Shown piece by piece: positions 57,739 through 64,000 of a DNA stretch of 64,000 nucleotides. The notes under the pieces are model-generated. The model did not search any database. It was given only the letters and a program-made list of their open reading frames with translations, and was not told the origin of the DNA. Where the stretch lies: contig CALJGL010000011.1 of assembly GCA_938075155.1 (NCBI GenBank), positions 78,992-142,991 of the forward strand, given 5' to 3'. Both the position numbers and the translations under genes were made by a program. The stretch is from an uncultured bacterium (GTDB lineage: Bacteria > Planctomycetota > UBA8108 > UBA1146). The stretch's first letter is position 1; each line of letters begins with the position of its first letter.

Positions 57739-59285
57739 TGAAGGAGAAAAATCGTGCAGAAGCCCGTGCCAGAATCGAAATCGCCAAAAATGGAGGCGGA
57801 GAAGCTCGTATAGAACGCCAACACAACGCCGGGAAATTAACTGCAAGAGAACGCATAGAAGTCTTTCTGGATCCAGGAACCTTCCAAGAACTGGATGCAA
57901 TGGTCACCCATAGGTGTACCGATTTTGGTATGCAAGAGCGCAAAACACCTGGAGATGGTGTCGCTACAGGTTGGGGTGAAGTCCACGGACGAAGAGTCTT
58001 TCTTTACAGTCAAGATTTCACCGTGGAAGGTGGAAGTCTATCTGCAACCAATGCTGCGAAGATCTGTAAAATCATGGACATGGCTATCAAATCCGGAGCG
58101 CCACTTATCGGGATCAATGATTCCGGAGGAGCTCGCATACAAGAGGGTGTTGCCAGCCTAGGTGGATATGCAGATATCTTCCTGCGTAACACTATGGCTT
58201 CCGGAGTCGTTCCCCAGATCAGCGCCATTCTTGGGCCTTGCGCTGGAGGAGCGGTTTACTCCCCAGCCTTGACCGATTTCATTTTCATGGCTGAAGGAAC
58301 CTCTTACATGTTTGTAACGGGTCCAAATGTTGTCAAAACAGTGACTCATGAAGAGGTCACTCAAGAAGAATTGGGTGGTGCCCAAACGCACGCCTCAAAA
58401 AGTGGAGTGGCACATTTTCGTTGCAGAGATGATCGCCATTGTCTGGAAGAAATAAGACGATTACTCACATATCTTCCAGCAAATAATCTGGAAGCTCCCC
58501 CAGTCTTGGAATGCTCCGATCCGATCGATCGTGCAGACCCCGGACTGAGTGATATCATTCCCGAAAATAGGGAAAAGCCATATGACATGCACGAGGTTCT
58601 CAGATCCGTCGTCGATAGAGATTCCCTCTTTGAAGTGCAACCCGAATATGCCAGAAACATCATCACTGCTTTTGCCAGAATGGACGGCAAGACCGTCGGC
58701 ATCGTCGCGAATCAACCTTCAGTACTCGCAGGATGTCTCGATATTCAAGCGAGCGTAAAAGCAGCAAGGTTTGTTCGATTTCTAGATTGTTTTAATATTC
58801 CGATTCTCACCTTTGTAGACGTTCCCGGATTTATGCCCGGAACGGATCAAGAGTGGAACGGAATTATTACTCATGGAGCCAAATTACTTTACGCATACTG
58901 CGAAGCGACGGTTCCAAAATTAACGGTGATCACTCGTAAAGCTTATGGCGGAGCATACGACGTGATGTCATCGAAGCATATACGAGGAGATCTTAACTTT
59001 GCCTGGCCCTCTGCTGAGATCGCAGTGATGGGAGCAAAAGGGGCCGTTGAAATCTTATTCCGAAAAGAAATCTCAGGATCAGAGACTCCGACGGAAATTG
59101 CAGAACAACGAACCCAGGAATATGAAGATTTGTTTGCTAATCCCTTCACGGCAGCAGAGCGTGGATACGTGGATGCTGTTATTGAAGAACCAGAAACTCG
59201 TCGAAGATTGATTGAAGGCTTACGTCTTCTTGCCGGCAAGAGAGACAGTAACCCACCTAAAAAGCACGGGAACGAGCCGCTGTGA
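57738..59285 (+). CDS. pccB: Propionyl-CoA / methylmalonyl-CoA carboxyltransferase (beta) subunit
   Basis: 515 aa. N-terminal ...[20 protein letters not shown] and two crotonase-like CT halves. Start overlaps the epimerase stop. Confidence 0.85.
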   Translation: MKEKNRAEARARIEIAKNGGGEARIERQHNAGKLTARERIEVFLDPGTFQELDAMVTHRCTDFGMQERKTPGDGVATGWGEVHGRRVFLYSQDFTVEGGSLSATNAAKICKIMDMAIKSGAPLIGINDSGGARIQEGVASLGGYADIFLRNTMASGVVPQISAILGPCAGGAVYSPALTDFIFMAEGTSYMFVTGPNVVKTVTHEEVTQEELGGAQTHASKSGVAHFRCRDDRHCLEEIRRLLTYLPANNLEAPPVLECSDPIDRADPGLSDIIPENREKPYDMHEVLRSVVDRDSLFEVQPEYARNIITAFARMDGKTVGIVANQPSVLAGCLDIQASVKAARFVRFLDCFNIPILTFVDVPGFMPGTDQEWNGIITHGAKLLYAYCEATVPKLTVITRKAYGGAYDVMSSKHIRGDLNFAWPSAEIAVMGAKGAVEILFRKEISGSETPTEIAEQRTQEYEDLFANPFTAAERGYVDAVIEEPETRRRLIEGLRLLAGKRDSNPPKKHGNEPL

Positions 59286-60802
59286 GCGCCAAAAAAGAAA
59301 TACGAAAGGTACTCGTCGCGAATCGCGGCGAGATTGCCATCAGGGTTTTTCAGGCATGCAGAGAACGTGGTATAGAAACCGTTTCTGTTCACTCCGAAGC
59401 CGACAAATCGGCGCCACACCGTTTCGCGGCTGATGAATCTGTACTCATTGGGCCGGCTGCCCCCTCCGAATCTTACCTTCGAGTGGACCGCATCATTGAT
59501 GCTGCCAAACAAACCGGAGCAGATGCGATTCATCCCGGTTACGGATTCCTTGCCGAGAATGCTCCTTTTGCAAGAGCTGTCGAGGAGGCAGGTCTAATTT
59601 TTATTGGTCCTACTCCAGAGCAAATCGAATCCATGGGAGACAAAGTTCAAGCGAGAGCCCTCATGATGGCGGCAAAAGTTCCCGTCATACCTGGAACTAA
59701 AAACCCCATCGAAGAAGAAGGCGAACTGATCAATGCCGCCAAGGATATTGGATACCCTTTGTTACTAAAAGCCGCTGGAGGCGGCGGTGGAAAAGGTATT
59801 CGAAGAGTAGATTCAGACGAAGAATTGGTTCCCGCATGGAAGCGTACCCGATCAGAAGCACTCGCTTCATTCGGCGATGATCGAGTTTACATCGAACGCC
59901 TCGTTCAGGGTGCTCGCCATATCGAAGCGCAGATCGTGGGTGATGGCCAAGGTTCTGTCTGGTTTCTAGGAGAAAGGGAGTGCTCCCTTCAGAGAAATCA
60001 CCAAAAGGTACTCGAGGAAAGTCCATCTCCCGCAGTCGATCAACAACTAAGAGCCCGATTCCGAGACGCCGCAGTTTCCGGAGCAGCGGCATTAAACTAC
60101 AGAGGAGCAGGAACGATGGAGTTCCTGTATGAAGAAGACAGAGGGGAATTCTATTTTCTTGAAATGAATACAAGACTACAGGTGGAACACCCAGTAACAG
60201 AACTTGTGACGGGTATCGACCTTGTCGGAATGCAACTGGACGTAGCTTCCGGTAGAGTCTTGGAACACGATCCGGATATTTCGATACGAGGCTGGTCTTT
60301 AGAGTTCCGAGTTTGTGCCGAAGACCCCTACAGGGATTTCATTCCTTCGACAGGGCAAATTCGTGGTCTGAGAATCCCCCATGCTCCATTTTGCAGACTA
60401 GATGGTGCTCTCAGAGAAGGACTCGAAGTTACGCCCTACTATGACCCAATGTTGGCAAAAGCCATCGTATGGGCAGAAGACCGAAACATGGCGTCGCGAA
60501 GACTCTCTTCATTACTTTCTCGCTTAAGAATCGGCGGTATTCACACCACTGTCCCTCTTGGCATTGAACTCTGTGAACAAGACTGGTTTCTTGCGGGAGA
60601 CTTTGACACCACCACACTCGAAACTTGGCTCAAAGACAAAAGAGAAGGCTCGAGTGATCCCACTAACATGGAAATGATCGCCGCTATTATTGCAAGGCAT
60701 GCTCTAGGTTCTTCTCTCAGCCAATCGACACCTGTTGATTATTCTGGAGGTGCATGGGGAAAAGCAGCAAGACGTGAAGGGACTGGAAATCAAATATCAT
60801 GA
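59282..60802 (+). CDS. accC: Biotin carboxylase subunit of acetyl/propionyl-CoA carboxylase
   Basis: GTG start. [33 protein letters not shown] and the ATP-grasp core (...[10 protein letters not shown]..., [14 protein letters not shown]). Confidence 0.9.
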   Translation: MSAKKEIRKVLVANRGEIAIRVFQACRERGIETVSVHSEADKSAPHRFAADESVLIGPAAPSESYLRVDRIIDAAKQTGADAIHPGYGFLAENAPFARAVEEAGLIFIGPTPEQIESMGDKVQARALMMAAKVPVIPGTKNPIEEEGELINAAKDIGYPLLLKAAGGGGGKGIRRVDSDEELVPAWKRTRSEALASFGDDRVYIERLVQGARHIEAQIVGDGQGSVWFLGERECSLQRNHQKVLEESPSPAVDQQLRARFRDAAVSGAAALNYRGAGTMEFLYEEDRGEFYFLEMNTRLQVEHPVTELVTGIDLVGMQLDVASGRVLEHDPDISIRGWSLEFRVCAEDPYRDFIPSTGQIRGLRIPHAPFCRLDGALREGLEVTPYYDPMLAKAIVWAEDRNMASRRLSSLLSRLRIGGIHTTVPLGIELCEQDWFLAGDFDTTTLETWLKDKREGSSDPTNMEMIAAIIARHALGSSLSQSTPVDYSGGAWGKAARREGTGNQIS

Positions 60803-61329
60803 AATATCAAATTGAATGGAACGATCTTCACGAAAACATCGAAGCCCACCCGGATCCCACTGGGCGAGAGTGGTCGTTCACACTCAATAATGGATCTCAG
60901 GTCAAAGCTAAAGTAGACGTTATTGAAGAAGGTACCGTGCTCCGGCTGATCACCAGCGGTGAGACACATACCATTACACTGCTTCCAGGTAATCAGGTGG
61001 GATCACCCATCAGATTCCTACTCAATGCCGAATTGGTCGAATTGGGTGTCCTCGACCCCGTCGACTTAATTACAAGAGAGGTTTCGAATTCTGGCCCGGG
61101 AAGCGGTTTAACGATCATTGAAAGCGTGATGCCGGGAATCGTTAGAAAAATACTCGTCCAAGAAGGTGATTCCGTTGAAGCGGGACAACCCTTACTTCTT
61201 TTAGAAGCCATGAAGATGGAAAATGAAATACTCGCACCTGAGGGAGGAACCGTAACCCGCTTGCATGTATCCGCAGGTGATACGGTTGCAGCGGGAACAA
61301 TAATGGCACACATCGAAAAAGACGACTGA
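60799..61329 (+). CDS. Biotin carboxyl carrier protein (biotinyl domain, EAMKM)
   Basis: The C-terminal GDSVEAGQPLLLLEAMKMENEILAPEGGTVTRLHVSAGDTVAAGTIMAHIE carries the biotinylation motif. 176 aa. Confidence 0.85.
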   Translation: MKYQIEWNDLHENIEAHPDPTGREWSFTLNNGSQVKAKVDVIEEGTVLRLITSGETHTITLLPGNQVGSPIRFLLNAELVELGVLDPVDLITREVSNSGPGSGLTIIESVMPGIVRKILVQEGDSVEAGQPLLLLEAMKMENEILAPEGGTVTRLHVSAGDTVAAGTIMAHIEKDD

Positions 61330-62262
61330 TCAGCGTCCGAACGGATTATCTTTCACAACAGGCTTCTTCTTTGGAGTTTCCGTTTCCTCCTCTGAGTCTT
61401 CTTGAACAGGATCCTCTTTTTGAGGAGCTTTCTTCTCAGGGTTCCCCTTCACACCTGATGACTCACATGGCTTGCATAGATCGAATTTCTTGCCTTTGCA
61501 AGCCTCGCATTTCGAAGCTTTCCCACCTTTACCTTTGCAATCCTCACACTTGGACTTTTGCTTTCCATTACATGTAGGGCATTCGATTTTCCCTTTACCT
61601 GAGCATGTCGAGCATCTCGTCTTTACTTTTCTACCTTTACTGGCATCAAATCTTTCATAGACACCTGCTCCACCACAACGTCGACAATCCAATGCCCCTT
61701 TTTCTTTCCTTGCGCAAGAACGACATTCAACGTCTCCACGTCCAGTGCATCGGGGACAGGGATCAATTTTATCTCCTTTGCCCTCACAGGAACTACACGC
61801 GATTTTCCCGGTAGCTTTACAAGGACGACACCAACTATCTGGATACTTATCCTTCAGAAATTGAATTTCGGCTTTTTTTAATCGAACACGAACGCGCTGA
61901 GCTTGGGATTTCATTCCTTCTTTTTCACACCAAACAATCAAAGCTTGATACCCGTCAAGGTCAGTGGGTTTTATAGCGCTCAGTTTCTTCTGGAACTCTT
62001 CTTCGAGCCCACGCCCTTCTTCGATTCGCTCTATCGAATCTACAGGGATCGTCATCTCCGCTTTAGATTTCCCAACTTTAATTTCAACTTGAATAGATGT
62101 CTCAGTGCGTGAAATTATTTTCCCAGTGATTTCCCTACCGGTTTTCAGAATTATGACTTCGTCGCCATAACAAAAAGAACTTGAAATCAAAACACAACAA
62201 ACGATGAATGACGCTAATAGAGAATTATTCATCAAGGCCTCCAGTTGTAGTAGATTTCTCAT
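61330..62262 (-). CDS. Secreted Cys-rich protein with about 8 DnaJ-type CxxCxGxG zinc-finger repeats and a Lys/Glu-rich C-terminal tail
   Basis: Signal peptide (MNNSLLASFIVCCVLISSSFCYG), a ~90 aa beta-rich N-domain, then CSSCEGKG, CPRCTGRG, CRSCARKEKG, CRRCGGAG, CSTCSGKG, CPTCNGKQ, CEDCKGKGG, CEACKGKK. Its stop is adjacent to the BCCP stop (TGA|TCA). Confidence 0.65.
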   Translation of the reverse strand: MRNLLQLEALMNNSLLASFIVCCVLISSSFCYGDEVIILKTGREITGKIISRTETSIQVEIKVGKSKAEMTIPVDSIERIEEGRGLEEEFQKKLSAIKPTDLDGYQALIVWCEKEGMKSQAQRVRVRLKKAEIQFLKDKYPDSWCRPCKATGKIACSSCEGKGDKIDPCPRCTGRGDVECRSCARKEKGALDCRRCGGAGVYERFDASKGRKVKTRCSTCSGKGKIECPTCNGKQKSKCEDCKGKGGKASKCEACKGKKFDLCKPCESSGVKGNPEKKAPQKEDPVQEDSEEETETPKKKPVVKDNPFGR

Positions 62263-63901
62263 TTGGGCGAACAGACTCTCTTGACAGATGCACGCCAGAC
62301 TCTTGCTCTTGCAATGGGAGTCCTGGTGGGTCCAACAATAAACCTTTACGAGATTCGGGAGCTAATGAAAGTAAGGGACGCTGATTTCGGCCACCAAAAT
62401 AAGTGCCTAAACCAATGAAGAAAAATGTAGTCCCCGTATTGAATAGGAAATCTCCCCGACTCAACAAATAAGTAAACATCGTTGTGCCAGAAGAAGGAAA
62501 CACTTCTTTACTCATTACTAAGAAATACGTGAATGGAGTTGAGAACATTGAATAAGCGGGCACTGCATCAACATTCGCAACATACACAATGGCCATACTC
62601 AATACCAATACAAGCTGAAATGAAAACGTGACCGAAGCAGAGAGAATACTTCCAAATCCTGCATGGGCCAGACACCAAGCGATTGCCACCATTGAGCAAA
62701 GCCAAGATATCCAAACAATAAAGCTACCTTCACTCTGCAACATTACGGCGTGAACTAAACCAGAATCGACATTACTTCCTAGCTTCGACAAATCGACAAC
62801 TGAACCGACCTTCAGCAGAATTAGAAATAAACTCAGAACCGCAAACGAAAACAGTAAGTTACGAATTCCACCCGAGACAAATGGATAGAGAATCCTTCCA
62901 AGAAGAGGCTTCTCTTTTGTCAGTAATGCAGCCGACAATGGAACCCCAGGATCCTCGGCGGCAATCCGGAGTAGTGGTAGCGAAGAAAGAACCATTCCGA
63001 CCATATAAATGGTCCAGTTTTGAGAATAATTCCGAACCGAAACTGAACCCGGCACGTTAGCAGCCAAGAGTTCAAAAAATGCAAAAATACCAAACAGATA
63101 AAATGCGAATATATAAATCCTGAGAGGAATACTTCGTAGGGAATTCACTGGCGAAATACTGAAAGAAGCGCCAAGGAGACCTGCGACTAAGACAAAGAAA
63201 CCTAGAAACCAATAAATCAGCACCTCTTTACTCGATAAATAATTCGACGAAGGTCCTAATACTGAGGAAAGAAGTTCGCCATTCGAATACGCGTTGAGCG
63301 CAAAAACCGTCGCGAAAAGAACCGGCATTGAGAACATGGCTACGATTTGCAGATTAGATCTTGTCGCATTACTCGACATCGCAGAAGAGAAAAGTCCAGC
63401 AGCGCAGATCAAAGCTGCATAGGCAATATGAATCAAATACTCAAACACGACTGAGAACAACGACACTCCTCCGATGAGGGTTGTCAGCATCAATAGCGGC
63501 GCAGAAAGCATCATGATATAGATACTTAAGCTGATTAAGGCGAAGTATTTGCCTCGAATAATTTCAAACGGACTCAACTCTGTACACTTTAAGAGAGGCC
63601 ATGTTTTGTCAATACGTTCAGAAGTGATGCTATTTCCCGAAAGAAATGGGAAAACTAAACCGATAACTAAAAATTGAAGCGAAAAATACAATGAAACAAA
63701 GTTTTCAGTCACCACACTCACAGGATCTTCATATCTCCGAAAACCGAGGCCAGTAGAGTTCACGAAAAATGCGAGCACAATTCCAAAGATCGATAGATAC
63801 AAAAACTGAATCAACAGCCAACGGTTCTTTTTCAATGTAAGAATCAAATCTTTTTGGACCATGGCAAACCCAAAAAACTTAGCTATCATTCCTTTATTCA
63901 T
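62225..63901 (-). CDS. Polytopic membrane protein, probable ABC-2-type exporter permease (about 12 TM)
   Basis: 558 aa and very hydrophobic. Its start overlaps (ATGA) the stop of an upstream ABC ATPase-like C-terminus; 38-nt overlap with the Cys-rich gene downstream. Confidence 0.55.
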   Translation of the reverse strand: MNKGMIAKFFGFAMVQKDLILTLKKNRWLLIQFLYLSIFGIVLAFFVNSTGLGFRRYEDPVSVVTENFVSLYFSLQFLVIGLVFPFLSGNSITSERIDKTWPLLKCTELSPFEIIRGKYFALISLSIYIMMLSAPLLMLTTLIGGVSLFSVVFEYLIHIAYAALICAAGLFSSAMSSNATRSNLQIVAMFSMPVLFATVFALNAYSNGELLSSVLGPSSNYLSSKEVLIYWFLGFFVLVAGLLGASFSISPVNSLRSIPLRIYIFAFYLFGIFAFFELLAANVPGSVSVRNYSQNWTIYMVGMVLSSLPLLRIAAEDPGVPLSAALLTKEKPLLGRILYPFVSGGIRNLLFSFAVLSLFLILLKVGSVVDLSKLGSNVDSGLVHAVMLQSEGSFIVWISWLCSMVAIAWCLAHAGFGSILSASVTFSFQLVLVLSMAIVYVANVDAVPAYSMFSTPFTYFLVMSKEVFPSSGTTMFTYLLSRGDFLFNTGTTFFFIGLGTYFGGRNQRPLLSLAPESRKGLLLDPPGLPLQEQESGVHLSRESVRPNEKSTTTGGLDE

Positions 63902-64000
63902 TGAACCTCTCCAGTCGTGAGAGACATGAATATATTCTCCAGATCGTCTTCTTCTTTATGTATGCCGGAAAGTACATAACCATTGCTTGAGAGCGATTTC
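63898..64000 (-). CDS. ABC transporter ATP-binding protein, C-terminal end (partial; start beyond the window)
   Basis: The minus-strand frame reads ...SLSSNGYVLSGIHKEEDDLENIFMSLTTGEVQ*, the typical ABC ATPase C-terminal ...LEDIFLELTG motif. Not in the ORF track because it has no in-window start. Confidence 0.55.
   Translation of the reverse strand, partial: KSLSSNGYVLSGIHKEEDDLENIFMSLTTGEVQ

Overview
The window is a 64 kb chromosomal segment of about 50% GC with dense, frequently overlapping genes and no sign of a mobile island. Gene content (LpxB, BamA, a histone-H1-like K/A-rich protein, a dockerin/FN3 secreted protein, Tat-dependent ACIII) points to a Gram-negative bacterium, probably of the PVC superphylum (Planctomycetota-like).

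Main blocks, in order:
- A partial sufB with an Rrf2-family regulator, and heme O synthase ctaB with a DUF3179 gene.
- A large minus-strand respiratory supercluster: alternative complex III actABCDEF, a small membrane ORF, a Sco copper chaperone, caa3-type oxidase ctaCDEF plus an extra CoxIII-like gene, and heme A synthase ctaA.
- A large secreted FN3/dockerin-like protein followed by a strong rho-independent terminator.
- A MATE-AroB-hypothetical-LpxB-GATase operon, folC, and mcsA-mcsB-clpC (a protein-arginine kinase module).
- nusA-infB-rbfA, preceded by a highly structured ~110 nt intergenic RNA element.
- A GGDEF cyclase, XdhC, a histone-H1-like protein with tandem KKxAKK repeats, YebC, BamA, and a MutS2 that lacks the Smr domain.
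- A tight operon: degenerate-GGDEF protein (RxxD I-site retained), vWA, FHA, thioesterase, MerR-like.
- birA plus a complete propionyl-CoA to succinyl-CoA operon: split methylmalonyl-CoA mutase, epimerase, pccB, accC, BCCP.
- A secreted protein with eight DnaJ-type CxxCxGxG zinc-finger repeats next to an ABC-2 exporter.

No rRNA, tRNA, CRISPR, transposase or integrase was recognised.
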